Made by a program: the position numbers and the translations under genes. 24,000 nucleotides of DNA from Oharaeibacter sp. (GTDB lineage: Bacteria > Pseudomonadota > Alphaproteobacteria > Rhizobiales > Pleomorphomonadaceae): the NCBI GenBank assembly GCA_051861205.1, contig JBHYDC010000010.1:65979-89978 (forward strand). The letters run 5' to 3'. Positions 1 through 9,120 of the stretch are shown piece after piece. How positions within the stretch are numbered: position 1 is the first letter of the stretch; every line of letters begins with the position of its first letter. The notes beneath the pieces were generated by a model. The model searched no databases. It had not been told where the DNA came from and saw nothing but the letters and a program-made list of their open reading frames with translations.

Positions 1-80
1 GTCATTGGCCGCGCCTGTTCTGGCGCGATCCCCATGTTCAAGGGCGTGTTCGCTTTTCCTGTGCCCGCATCCTGCGGTGG

Positions 81-119
81 GCCGGTTGCCGTTAACAGTT
101 TTAAAAACTAACGGCCGGC
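81..119. other. Composite inverted repeat (GCCG..GCCGTT..AGTTTT-A-AAAACT..AACGGC.CGGC), possible terminator downstream of the LysR gene
   Basis: Arms read directly: 81-84/116-119, 88-93/110-115, 97-102/104-109. Confidence 0.4.
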
Positions 120-292
120 ATAGGAAAACTTAATGTTGCAGCGCACTTAGTCATTGCCGCCCTGTGCGAGACCGGGCAAAGCCCCACAATCCAGCAAAAC
201 ATCTCTCGTAAAGGCCCGCTTCATAGGAGGCGCCTATCAGCCGATGCGCTGAAATCCCATCCGGCGCTGCGACAGCCCGCCGCAGCTTTCCG

Positions 293-1183
293 TCACGCCG
301 CAGTTGCCCCGCGCAGCCAATCCCCGAAGGATCGCACCAGCCCCGACCCGGATTTTGCCTCGGGATAGACAAACCAATAGGCCGTTCCTGATCGAAGCGG
401 TTGGTCGAGCAGTATCTTGAGCCGCCCGGTTCGTAGTTCCTCTTCCACCAGGAATCGCGGCATCAGCGCCACACCGAGCCCCGCCACCGCCGCGCCCGCG
501 ATCATCCCGAACTGATCGAACCGCGCCCCGGCAAAGGCGCCAGCCGTATCCACCCCGGCCATGGCGAACCAATCCCGCCAAGCGGTCGGCCGTGTCGACT
601 GGTGCAGCAGCGGCAACTGCGCCACACTATCGGCGCCGCCTATCAAGCGATCGCCCGTCAGCGACGGCGAAGCCACCGGCACCACCGCCTCGTCGCAGAG
701 ATGCTCGCACACCGCCCCCGGCCACGTGGCCTCGCCATGATGAATGGCCGCGTCCAGCGGATCCTCCGCGAAGGAAAACGGCGCCAGCCGCACCGCAAAA
801 TTCACGGTCACGCCCGGATGCATCTCCAAGAACCCCGGCAATCGCGGCATCAACCACCGCGTCGCAAACGTCGGCAGCACCGCCAAGTTCAGCGTCCCCG
901 CGCTCCCCGCAGCCCCCATCACCCGCTGCGTCGCCGCTGAGAGAGCCCCCAGAATGTGCTGCACCTCTTTGAGATAAGCCCGCCCCGCATCCGTCAGAAA
1001 CACCCGCTGGTTCACCCGCTCGAACAAATCCAGCCCCAGGCTTTCCTCCAACTGCCGGATCTGCCGGCTGACCGCCCCTTGCGTCAAATGCAACTCCCCC
1101 GCCGCCCGCGAAAAACTAAGATGCCGCCCCGCGGATTCAAACGCAGACAAAGCAGGGATGGAGGGCAGGAGAGGGCGGGACAT
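293..1183 (-). CDS. LysR family transcriptional regulator (GcvA-like)
   Basis: 296 aa ORF; N-terminal HTH 'LPSIPALSAFESAGRHLSFSRAAGELHLTQGAVSRQIRQLEESLGLDLFERVNQRVFLTDAGRAY' is typical LysR/GcvA. Confidence 0.95.
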   Translation of the reverse strand: MSRPLLPSIPALSAFESAGRHLSFSRAAGELHLTQGAVSRQIRQLEESLGLDLFERVNQRVFLTDAGRAYLKEVQHILGALSAATQRVMGAAGSAGTLNLAVLPTFATRWLMPRLPGFLEMHPGVTVNFAVRLAPFSFAEDPLDAAIHHGEATWPGAVCEHLCDEAVVPVASPSLTGDRLIGGADSVAQLPLLHQSTRPTAWRDWFAMAGVDTAGAFAGARFDQFGMIAGAAVAGLGVALMPRFLVEEELRTGRLKILLDQPLRSGTAYWFVYPEAKSGSGLVRSFGDWLRGATAA

Positions 1184-1284
1184 GGAGCGTTCGGGTTCAT
1201 GAGAGTTGTCGATGCCGAGTCATTGGTAACACAAGCATTTTACTCATTCATCTTCGCTTGTTCCTCAGCGAGTTAAGCGCCCAC

Positions 1285-1334
1285 GTAGCGCCCCGCGCTA
1301 CATTTCAATTGCGTTCTGTAGCGCCCCACGCTAC
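1285..1334. promoter_or_regulatory. Two tandem palindromes GTAGCG-CCCCG-CGCTAC (1285-1301) and GTAGCG-CCCCA-CGCTAC (1318-1334), candidate HigA operator sites
   Basis: Near-identical 17-nt inverted repeats offset by 33 bp, 23 bp upstream of the inferred higB start. Confidence 0.55.
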
Positions 1335-1356
1335 AAGATCAAAAACGCGGCGGGCA

Positions 1357-1640
1357 ATGATCCAAAGCTGGGCATCAAAGGAGGCAAACGAGGTTTTCGA
1401 GGGGCGTTCCCCCAAGGGTTTCCCAGCCGATCGTTTCAAAACGCTGCGTCGCCGCCTCTTCCAACTCGACGCAGCGGAAACGCTCGATGATATGCGCACC
1501 CCCCCCCCGGCAATCGACTTCACGCCTTATCGGCAGATCGCGCGGGTCAATGGTCCATCAGCATCAACGCCCAATTCCGGGTCTGTTTTACGTGGGGTGC
1601 CGCGGGGCCTGAAAACGTCGATTGCGTCGACTATCACTAA
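1357..1640 (+). pseudogene. higB: HigB/RelE-family toxin, frame interrupted at a C10 tract (1499-1508)
   Basis: Frame 1: MIQSWASKEANEVFEGRSPKGFPADRFKTLRRRLFQLDAAETLDDMRT; the expected C-terminus PPGNRLHALSADRAGQWSISINAQFRVCFTWGAAGPENVDCVDYH* appears only after a frame shift at the poly-C run. Confidence 0.85.
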
Positions 1641-1658
1641 GACATCAGGGAGCCTCCC

Positions 1659-1973
1659 ATGACTGATTTCGATACGTTCACGTTGCCCGCGCCGCATCCC
1701 GGTGAACATCTGCGGGAAGATTTCCTCCCGGCCTACGGCCTCACCCCCGGCGCACTTGCCCGCGCCATGGGCCTCAAGGACCGCGCTCGCATCGAGCGGA
1801 TCGTGCGCGAACAACAGGCTATCACGGCCGACACAGCGCTTCGCCTCGGCCGGGTGTTCGGCAATTCGGCGCAGTTCTGGATCAACCTTCAGGCCACGCA
1901 TGATCTGTCCAAGGCGGCCATGGCGAGCCGGAACGAACTGGCCGCCATCAAGCCCCTCCAGCCGACGGCATAG
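1659..1973 (+). CDS. higA: HigA family addiction module antitoxin (XRE HTH)
   Basis: 104 aa: 'PHPGEHLREDFLPAYGLTPGALARAMGLKDRARIERIVREQQAITADTALRLGRVFGNSAQFWINLQATHDL', hallmark of the HigA family. Confidence 0.93.
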   Translation: MTDFDTFTLPAPHPGEHLREDFLPAYGLTPGALARAMGLKDRARIERIVREQQAITADTALRLGRVFGNSAQFWINLQATHDLSKAAMASRNELAAIKPLQPTA

Positions 1974-2133
1974 TCACCGAGTTCATGAGCAAACCTCATG
2001 ACCATGCCAGAAATCATCGCTTGATAGTCGTGCGCTGAAAGAGGGATAAGCGAGGCTTGAAGCCGCAAAATCCCGGCACCGCATCGGCCGTCTCGCCGTT
2101 TTCCGGCCCGGCCGCATTGCCCGAGGAACCGAC

Positions 2134-3666
2134 ATGACCGTATCGCCCAAGATCGAAAGCCTCGGCGAGGAAACCGCCGCGCTCCTCGCCCGCCTCGGTG
2201 TTCCCGCCGCATCCGTCACGGGCGGCAACCTCATCGTCCGCTCGCCAATCACCGGCGAAACCATTGGCGCGCTGCATGAGGCCGGCGCTGCCGAGATGTC
2301 CGCCGCGATCACCCGCGCTCATGCGGCGTATCTCGCCTGGCGCAAGGTGCCCGCCCCCAAGCGCGGCGAGCTCGTGCGTCTGCTCGGCGAGGAATTGCGC
2401 GCCGCCAAGGACGATCTCGGCCGTCTCGTCACCATCGAGGCTGGCAAGATCGTGTCCGAGGGCCTCGGCGAGGTCCAGGAGATGATCGACATCTGCGACT
2501 TCGCGGTCGGCCTTTCCCGCCAGCTTTACGGCCTCACCATCGCCACCGAACGCGCCTCCCACCGCATGATGGAAACGTGGCACCCGGTCGGCGTCGTCGG
2601 CGTCATCTCCGCGTTCAACTTCCCCGTCGCGGTCTGGTCGTGGAACGCAGCGCTGGCGCTCGTCTGCGGTAACACCGTCGTGTGGAAGCCGTCGGAGAAA
2701 ACCCCGCTCACCGCGCTCGCCGTCCAGGCGCTGTTCGAGCGCGCCGCCGCGAAATTCGGCGCGCCGGCCGGTCTCTCGGAAGTCGTGATCGGTACCCGCG
2801 CCGCCGGAGAGGCGTTGGTGGACGATGCCCGCGTGCCCGTCGTGTCGGCCACCGGCTCCACCGCCATGGGCCGCGCCGTCGCGCCGAAACTGGCCAAGCG
2901 CTTCGCCCGCGCGATTCTGGAACTCGGCGGCAACAACGCCGCCATCGTTTGCCCCTCGGCGGATCTCGACCTCGTCGTGCGCGCCGTCGCCTTCTCCGCC
3001 ATGGGCACCGCCGGCCAGCGCTGCACCACGCTTCGCCGCCTCTTCGTTCACGACAGCATCTACGACGCGCTCGTGCCGCGCCTGAAGAAGGCCTACGGCT
3101 CGGTCAAGGTCGGCGATCCCCGCGTCGCCGGCACGCTCGTGGGCCCGCTGATCGACGCCGCTTCGTTCCAGGCGATGCAATCCTCGCTCGACGCCGCCCG
3201 CGCGGCTGGTGGCACGATTACGGGCGGCGAACGCGCCTTCGCAGAAGCCGGGGAGGGCGCTTACTACGCCCGGCCCGCGCTCGCCGAAATGCCGGGCCAA
3301 GCCGACATCGTGGCGCACGAAACCTTCGCGCCCATCCTCTACGTGATGCGCTGGTCGACCTTCGACGACGTCCTCGCCCTGCACAACGGCGTGCCGCAGG
3401 GCCTGTCGTCGTCCATCTTCACCAACGACCTGCGCGAAGCCGAGCGATTCCTCTCCGTCGAGGGCTCGGACTGCGGCATCGCCAACGTGAATATCGGGCC
3501 CTCCGGCGCTGAAATCGGCGGGGCCTTCGGCGGCGAGAAGGAAACCGGCGGCGGCCGCGAAGCCGGCTCCGACGCCTGGAAGGCCTACATGCGCCGCGCC
3601 ACCAACACCATCAACTATGGCCGCGACCTGCCGCTTGCGCAGGGCGTCACCTTCGACGTGGAGTGA
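2134..3666 (+). CDS. Aldehyde dehydrogenase, L-aminoadipate-semialdehyde / piperideine-6-carboxylate dehydrogenase type (ALDH7)
   Basis: 510 aa; ALDH motifs '[15 protein letters not shown]', '[12 protein letters not shown]', '[16 protein letters not shown]'; the ELGGNNA form is typical of ALDH7/AASADH. Confidence 0.9.
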   Translation: MTVSPKIESLGEETAALLARLGVPAASVTGGNLIVRSPITGETIGALHEAGAAEMSAAITRAHAAYLAWRKVPAPKRGELVRLLGEELRAAKDDLGRLVTIEAGKIVSEGLGEVQEMIDICDFAVGLSRQLYGLTIATERASHRMMETWHPVGVVGVISAFNFPVAVWSWNAALALVCGNTVVWKPSEKTPLTALAVQALFERAAAKFGAPAGLSEVVIGTRAAGEALVDDARVPVVSATGSTAMGRAVAPKLAKRFARAILELGGNNAAIVCPSADLDLVVRAVAFSAMGTAGQRCTTLRRLFVHDSIYDALVPRLKKAYGSVKVGDPRVAGTLVGPLIDAASFQAMQSSLDAARAAGGTITGGERAFAEAGEGAYYARPALAEMPGQADIVAHETFAPILYVMRWSTFDDVLALHNGVPQGLSSSIFTNDLREAERFLSVEGSDCGIANVNIGPSGAEIGGAFGGEKETGGGREAGSDAWKAYMRRATNTINYGRDLPLAQGVTFDVE

Positions 3667-3670
3667 GCCG

Positions 3671-4885
3671 ATGACCGCCGTTCACAAGCCCGCCGCCGAC
3701 AAGCCTCGCGCCGTCTTTCAGTGGGACGATCCGTTTTTCCTCGACGATCAGCTCACCGAAGACGAGCGCATGATCCGCGACACCGCCCGCGCCTATGCGC
3801 AGGAAAAGCTTCAGCCGCGCGTCATCGAAGCCTATGCGGAGGAAAAAACCGACGCCTCGATCTTTCGCGAAATGGGCGAACTCGGCCTCCTCGGCGTCAC
3901 CCTGCCGGAGGAATACGGCTGCGCCGGCGCCTCATACGTGTCCTACGGTCTCGTCGCCCGCGAAGTGGAGCGTGTCGATTCCGGCTATCGCTCCATGATG
4001 AGCGTGCAATCCTCGCTCGTCATGTACCCGATCTACGCCTACGGCGATGAAGCGCAGCGCAAGCGCTATCTCCCCAAGCTCGCGTCCGGCGAATGGATCG
4101 GCTGCTTCGGCTTGACTGAACCCGACGCCGGATCGGACCCCGCCGGCATGCGCGCCCGCGCTGAAAAAGTGTCGGACGGCTACCGCCTCACCGGCTCCAA
4201 GATGTGGATCTCCAATTCCCCCATCGCCGACGTGTTCGTCGTCTGGGCGAAATCCGAAGCCCACGGCGGCGAAATCCGCGGCTTCATACTTGAGAAGGGC
4301 ATGGCCGGCCTCTCCGCCCCCAAGATCGGCGGCAAGCTTAGCTTACGCGCCTCCATCACCGGCGAGATTGTCATGGACGGCGTGGTGGTCCCCGAAAGCG
4401 CGTTGCTGCCCAACGTTTCCGGCCTCAAAGGCCCGTTCGGCTGCCTGAACCGCGCCCGCTACGGCATTTCCTGGGGCGTGCTCGGGTCAGCCGAATTCTG
4501 CTTCCACGCCGCCCGCTCCTACACGCTCGACCGCAAGCAATTCGGCAAGCCGCTGGCCCAAACCCAGCTCATCCAGAAAAAGCTCGCCGACATGCAGACC
4601 GAAATCACCCTCGGCCTGCAAGCCTCGCTGCGCGTCGGCCGCCTGTTCGACGAAGGCCGCATGGCGCCAGAGATGATCTCCCTGGTCAAGCGCAATAACT
4701 GCGGCAAAGCCCTGGATATCGCGCGCATGGCGCGAGACATGCACGGCGGCAACGGCATTTCCGAGGAATACCAAGTCATGCGCCACATGGTGAACCTTGA
4801 AACGGTGAACACCTATGAGGGCACGCATGACGTGCACGCGCTGATCCTCGGCCGCGCCATCACCGGCTTGCAAGCCTTCTTCTAA
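3671..4885 (+). CDS. gcdH: Acyl-CoA dehydrogenase, glutaryl-CoA dehydrogenase type
   Basis: ATG at 3671; '[36 protein letters not shown]', '[16 protein letters not shown]', '[47 protein letters not shown]' match GcdH. Confidence 0.93.
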   Translation: MTAVHKPAADKPRAVFQWDDPFFLDDQLTEDERMIRDTARAYAQEKLQPRVIEAYAEEKTDASIFREMGELGLLGVTLPEEYGCAGASYVSYGLVAREVERVDSGYRSMMSVQSSLVMYPIYAYGDEAQRKRYLPKLASGEWIGCFGLTEPDAGSDPAGMRARAEKVSDGYRLTGSKMWISNSPIADVFVVWAKSEAHGGEIRGFILEKGMAGLSAPKIGGKLSLRASITGEIVMDGVVVPESALLPNVSGLKGPFGCLNRARYGISWGVLGSAEFCFHAARSYTLDRKQFGKPLAQTQLIQKKLADMQTEITLGLQASLRVGRLFDEGRMAPEMISLVKRNNCGKALDIARMARDMHGGNGISEEYQVMRHMVNLETVNTYEGTHDVHALILGRAITGLQAFF

Positions 4886-4901
4886 GCGCGAGCCCACCGT
4901 C

Positions 4902-5606
4902 ATGAGCGCCCACGCCCTCACCACCATCGGTTTCGACGCTGACGATACGCTCTGGCAGAACGAAACCTTCTACCGGCTCACCGAGGAGCGATTTCAGGCG
5001 CTGCTGGCGGACTATGCCGAGCCGGTGGACCTTTCCGCCCGGCTCTTGACGGCGGAGCGGCGCAACCTTGGGCATTATGGCTTCGGCATCAAGGGTTTCA
5101 CCCTTTCCATGATCGAAACCGCGATCGAGGTGACAGAGGGCAGGGTGCCCGCCTCGGTGATCCAAAGCATCCTTGATGCGGGCCGCGACATGCTCAGCCA
5201 TCCCGTCGAAGCGCTGCCCCATGCGCGCGAAACGCTGGAGGCGCTGGCCGGGTCTCACACGCTCGTCTTGATCACCAAGGGCGATCTCTTCGATCAGGAG
5301 CGCAAGCTCGCTGCCTCCGGGCTCGGCGAATTGTTCGACGCGGTCGAGATCGTCAGCGACAAGACCGCCGCGACCTACGAGCGCATCTTCGCCCGCCACG
5401 GCCATGGCGCCGCGCAGGCTATGATGGTCGGCAATTCGCTGAAATCAGATGTCATCCCCGCTATCCGTGCAGGCGGCTGGGGTGTTCACGTCCCGCATCA
5501 TTTGACATGGGCGGTCGAGCACGCCGAGCCCCCGGCAAACGAACCCCGCTTCCGCGCGATCGAAAACCTGTCGGGGATTGTCCCCCTGGTGCGCGCTCTG
5601 GCCTAA
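4902..5606 (+). CDS. HAD family hydrolase
   Basis: 234 aa; motif I variant 'IGFDADDTLWQNE', motif II 'LVLITKG', motif IV 'MVGNSLKSDVIPAIRAGGWGVHVP'. Confidence 0.9.
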   Translation: MSAHALTTIGFDADDTLWQNETFYRLTEERFQALLADYAEPVDLSARLLTAERRNLGHYGFGIKGFTLSMIETAIEVTEGRVPASVIQSILDAGRDMLSHPVEALPHARETLEALAGSHTLVLITKGDLFDQERKLAASGLGELFDAVEIVSDKTAATYERIFARHGHGAAQAMMVGNSLKSDVIPAIRAGGWGVHVPHHLTWAVEHAEPPANEPRFRAIENLSGIVPLVRALA

Positions 5607-5610
5607 CGCC

Positions 5611-5892
5611 TCAGCGGCTGTGCACCAGCTTCAGCTTGGGGCGCGGCGCCCAGCGCGAGAAGGTCAGCAAGGTCAGCCCGTCATAGGTTTCGCCCAATGA
5701 GGTGAAATATTTCATCCGGGTCGCCAGCGCTTCGGCCTGCGCCACCGTCGCGATCGGCATCCACCGCTCCACCTGTCCAGCTCCCAAGGCGAGCGCCGCG
5801 AGCAAAAGCCCGATCTCGATCCCCTCGACGAAGTCATCGCTGCGTCCGGGAAACCGAACCACGAGCCCCTCTTCGACTTCGACGTCCCGCAT
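5611..5892 (-). CDS. Small hypothetical protein (start chosen at internal Met; ORF extends to 5973)
   Basis: Open frame, about 93 aa (MRDVEVEEGLVVRFPGRSDDFVEGIEIG...), ends 4 bp from the convergent HAD gene; no family recognised. Confidence 0.55.
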   Translation of the reverse strand: MRDVEVEEGLVVRFPGRSDDFVEGIEIGLLLAALALGAGQVERWMPIATVAQAEALATRMKYFTSLGETYDGLTLLTFSRWAPRPKLKLVHSR

Positions 5893-5976
5893 GATCCAAC
5901 TCCTGTCTGTCGGATCATTGAAGGACGCTATGGTTAACACCCGGTGAAAGTTCACCGCGCGGTTAAGGTTCACTGC

Positions 5977-6010
5977 ATTAGGAAGGGGCGCCGAAACGCC
6001 CCTTCCTAAT
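5977..6010 (-). terminator. Perfect 14-bp inverted repeat with 6-nt loop downstream of the DUF2382 pair
   Basis: ATTAGGAAGGGGCG-CCGAAA-CGCCCCTTCCTAAT; no strong T-tract on either side. Confidence 0.65.
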
Positions 6011-6040
6011 CACGCTGCCGAAAATCGGTTGTGCTGCCGG

Positions 6041-6739
6041 TCAGGTCCCGGCGCGGTTCGTGTCCTTGATCGTTCCGCGCTCGTCATTGATCTCGACCGC
6101 GGTGCGGCGGTGCGTGCCGGACGCCTCTCCGGCGCGCTCCTTGCTGACGTCCACGGCCTCGGCGATTGGCATTTCAACAAAATAGGACCGCACCCGCACA
6201 CGGCCGTGACTGACGTCGCGTTTGCCGATGCGCATTTCATCCTCGACGACGGGAATGCGTTGCTCCTCATCGCTAGTGCGGCCCGCCAGCGACCGATCAG
6301 ACGCGCCGCTGATCGTGTCGGAAGCAGTCGACTCTCCACCGAAAGAGCCGCTCCAGCCTTCCTGCCGCCAAGCCGTCTCACGCGCTTCGAGATCCACGGC
6401 GCCTTCATCGTCAAGAATGTCGATCACGCGCTCGTAAAGGTCCGCGGATGGACGCACGGAGAGCACATATCCGCCGCGCCGCAGCCCTTCCGCATAGGTG
6501 GAACGATCGTCGTCGGGCAGAAACAGATCGCGAAGCGTCTCCCAAAAGCCCCCCGCCGTTTCGCTTGCCGGCGCCGCCTCATCCGCCTGGGAGCCTTCCA
6601 CGATTGTGATCGCATTGCGGGCAATGCCCAGCGCCGCCACACGCCCAGCGGCCTCATCCGCCTTAGGGCGCTGGTCGAAGAAGGCGGTAATCAGCCGGTC
6701 GGAGCCGGACTCGCTTTCAAAGCCACTAGCCATGGTCAT
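6041..6739 (-). CDS. YsnF/AvaK (DUF2382) domain stress-related protein
   Basis: 232 aa; N-terminal 'LITAFFDQRPKADEAAGRVAALGIARNAITIVEG' plus C-terminal 'EEQRIPVVEDEMRIGKRDVSHGRVRVRSYFVEMPIAEAVDVSKERAG'. Confidence 0.8.
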   Translation of the reverse strand: MTMASGFESESGSDRLITAFFDQRPKADEAAGRVAALGIARNAITIVEGSQADEAAPASETAGGFWETLRDLFLPDDDRSTYAEGLRRGGYVLSVRPSADLYERVIDILDDEGAVDLEARETAWRQEGWSGSFGGESTASDTISGASDRSLAGRTSDEEQRIPVVEDEMRIGKRDVSHGRVRVRSYFVEMPIAEAVDVSKERAGEASGTHRRTAVEINDERGTIKDTNRAGT

Positions 6740-7071
6740 TCCTCTTCCCGGTTTTGTTCGCCGGCCACCGTTTCACGGTCCACGACGACGCGCCGCTTGA
6801 TGTGGAGTTTTTCCTTGAGGACAAGACGTTTCTCGAACACCATCACCGCCTCCGTCATCGGAACGATGAGAACGTTGCCTTTGGTGCGAACCTCCGGCGC
6901 CTGGTCGACAGGGGTGTCGAACAGCACGCGCGAAATATCCACGATCTCGGTGTCGAGCGTTTTCTCCAGTGCTCTTGCCTTGACGTCGACGAGGGTGTGA
7001 ACGCGCAGGCGAACGCCAAGAACGTCGTCACGCTCAAGAGCCGTCTCGGTTGTCGCATTGGGATTGGTCAT
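6736..7071 (-). CDS. Small DUF2382/YsnF-like protein, translationally coupled to the downstream gene
   Basis: About 111 aa; 'VRTKGNVLIVPMTEAVMVFEKRLVLKEKLHIKRRVVVDRETV'; 4-nt stop/start overlap with 6041..6739. Confidence 0.7.
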   Translation of the reverse strand: MTNPNATTETALERDDVLGVRLRVHTLVDVKARALEKTLDTEIVDISRVLFDTPVDQAPEVRTKGNVLIVPMTEAVMVFEKRLVLKEKLHIKRRVVVDRETVAGEQNREEE

Positions 7072-7145
7072 CGGTCCCCCGCTCCGTGCAGAGGATGAAC
7101 GGCTCAGCGATGGCCAAGTTCCCAATCACACTAAAGGCCGCGCAA

Positions 7146-8138
7146 TCAGCGCATCAGCGCGTCCGAAAGGCGGCCCCATGCTGCTTCGTCGGCGGGCAGG
7201 CCGAAGCGTAGCCAGGTCGGCGCATAGTCGAAGGGGCGGACGAGAATGCCCCGCGCGGCCAAGCGCTCGAACCACGCCGCCGCCCTGTCCGTGCGGGCAA
7301 GCCGGAATAGCGGCGTGCCGCCAAGCTGGGCGAGGCCGGCGGTGGAAAGCAGTCCGTCCAGCCGCGCCGCGTCCGCCTCAAGCCGCGCGCGGGCGCCGTC
7401 CAGCCAAGCCGGATCGGATAAGGCAAGCGTGCCGATTTCGATTGCAGGCCCCGGCACAGCCCAAGGCCCCAAGAGCGCCGCGATCGCCGCCGCACGGACT
7501 GGCGACGCCACGGCAAAGCCCAGCCGTACACCGGCAAGGCCATAGCTCTTCCCGAAGGATCGCAGCACCACGGTGTTTGCGGGAAGCCCGTGCGGGATCA
7601 GGCTTGCCCCCGGCACGACATCGACGAACGCCTCGTCCACCACCAGCGTTCTCACCGTCGTGGCAATCTGCGCGATCTGATCGGGTGAGAGCAGGCGCCC
7701 ATCCGGATTGTTGGGATTGACGATCACCGCCACATCGCTGCCAGTCAGATCGCTCGGATCCTCCGCCAACCAGACCTCGGCGCCGGCCGCGCGCCAGACG
7801 GCCGCATGCTCCCCATAGGTTGGGCCAAGTACGGCAACTTGGTTCGCGGCGATCAGTCGCGGCAAAAGCTGGATCAGCGCCTGCGTGCCCGGTGCCGCAA
7901 TCACCGTTGCCGGATCCGCCGCGCCATAGGCCTTCGCGGCCGCTGAAATCAGCGCCGCCAGCGCGCCCTTGCCGGGAAGCCGCGTCCAAGCGCTGGCGGG
8001 AACGTCGCCGACGGGGTAGGGAACCGGATTGATGCCAGTGGAGAGATCGATCCAGGGCTCTGGCGCTTGCGGAAAAAGCGCGCGAGCGCCATCGACGTCT
8101 CCGCCGTGCTCCAGAATGCGCGCCAACCGGTGTTCCAT
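7146..8138 (-). CDS. cobC: Threonine-phosphate decarboxylase, PLP-dependent (cobalamin biosynthesis; CobD in Salmonella nomenclature)
   Basis: 'LEHGGDVDGARALFPQAPEPWIDLSTGINPVPYP', 'IVNPNNPDGRL', 'VDEAFVD', 'VVLRSFGKSYGLAGVRLGFAVA'; alternative ATG at 8162. Confidence 0.92.
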   Translation of the reverse strand: MEHRLARILEHGGDVDGARALFPQAPEPWIDLSTGINPVPYPVGDVPASAWTRLPGKGALAALISAAAKAYGAADPATVIAAPGTQALIQLLPRLIAANQVAVLGPTYGEHAAVWRAAGAEVWLAEDPSDLTGSDVAVIVNPNNPDGRLLSPDQIAQIATTVRTLVVDEAFVDVVPGASLIPHGLPANTVVLRSFGKSYGLAGVRLGFAVASPVRAAAIAALLGPWAVPGPAIEIGTLALSDPAWLDGARARLEADAARLDGLLSTAGLAQLGGTPLFRLARTDRAAAWFERLAARGILVRPFDYAPTWLRFGLPADEAAWGRLSDALMR

Positions 8139-9120
8139 GGATCCCGTACCCTCTCTCGTCATCGCCCTCGCCGCACTCGCCGTGGAAGCTGCCGCAGGTT
8201 ACCCTCAGCGTATGTTCCTTGTCATCGGTCATCCCGTGACATGGATCGGTCGATTGATCACATGGCTCGACCGCAGGCTCAACCTTGAGCGCGACGGCAA
8301 CCCTATGCGCCGGGCCAAGGGCGTGCTCGCGCTCTTAGCGCTGCTCGCGATCACCTGCGCCGTCGCGGTCGGCATTCAGCGCGCGGCGGGGCTCGCCGGG
8401 GTCGTCGGCACCTTCATTGTGCTCCCGCTGATCGTCTCAACGCTGTTTGCCCAGCGCAGCCTCTACGAGCACGTCGCCCGCGTCCGTGACGGTCTCCAAA
8501 CCGGAGGCCTTGCCGGAGGCAGAGCCGCCGTTGCGATGATCGTCGGCCGCAATCCGGAAAGCCTTGACGAAGCGGGCGTTTCCCGTGCCGCCATCGAGAG
8601 CTTGGCTGAAAACTTTTCCGACGGCATCACCGCCCCCGTGTTCTGGACCGCGCTTCTCGGCCTCCCAGGCGGCGCGCTCTACAAGGCTGCGAACACGGCC
8701 GATTCCATGATCGGCCACAAGACGGCCCGCCACCTCCAGTTCGGCTGGGCCGCCGCCCGCTTCGACGACCTCATCAATCTCCCGGCGTCGCGCCTCACCG
8801 CGCTCCTGCTCGTCCTCGCCGCGCTTGCCCCTGGCTATTCCGCGCGCGGCGCCATCCGGGCGGTGTTTCGCGATGCCCGCAACCACAAATCGCCCAACGC
8901 CGGCTGGCCGGAAGCCGCCATGGCCGGCGCCCTCGGCCTTCGCCTTGCCGGACCCCGCGTCTACGGCGCAACCCTCGTCGACGATTTCTGGATGGGCGAC
9001 GGCCGCGCCGACGCCACCGCCGGCGATATCGACCGGGCGTTGAAGCTCTACCGGCTCGCTCTGGTACTCCTCGCTGCCACGCTTGCGACTGTGCTGGCTG
9101 GCGTCATCGCCCTTCGCTGA
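8137..9120 (+). CDS. cobD: Adenosylcobinamide-phosphate synthase (CbiB/CobD)
   Basis: '[29 protein letters not shown]', '[41 protein letters not shown]', membrane protein; start ATG 8137. Confidence 0.93.
   Translation: MDPVPSLVIALAALAVEAAAGYPQRMFLVIGHPVTWIGRLITWLDRRLNLERDGNPMRRAKGVLALLALLAITCAVAVGIQRAAGLAGVVGTFIVLPLIVSTLFAQRSLYEHVARVRDGLQTGGLAGGRAAVAMIVGRNPESLDEAGVSRAAIESLAENFSDGITAPVFWTALLGLPGGALYKAANTADSMIGHKTARHLQFGWAAARFDDLINLPASRLTALLLVLAALAPGYSARGAIRAVFRDARNHKSPNAGWPEAAMAGALGLRLAGPRVYGATLVDDFWMGDGRADATAGDIDRALKLYRLALVLLAATLATVLAGVIALR

Noticed and set aside
1258-1662. 134-aa ORF as called in the track, as a novel protein
   Set aside because: It is the N-terminal half of HigB fused to an out-of-frame tail after the C10 tract, plus an upstream extension through the palindromes.
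2014-3384. 456-aa ORF on - strand antisense to the aldehyde dehydrogenase
   Set aside because: Gly/Glu/Arg/His-rich composition with no family motifs; shadow of the third-position GC bias of the real gene.
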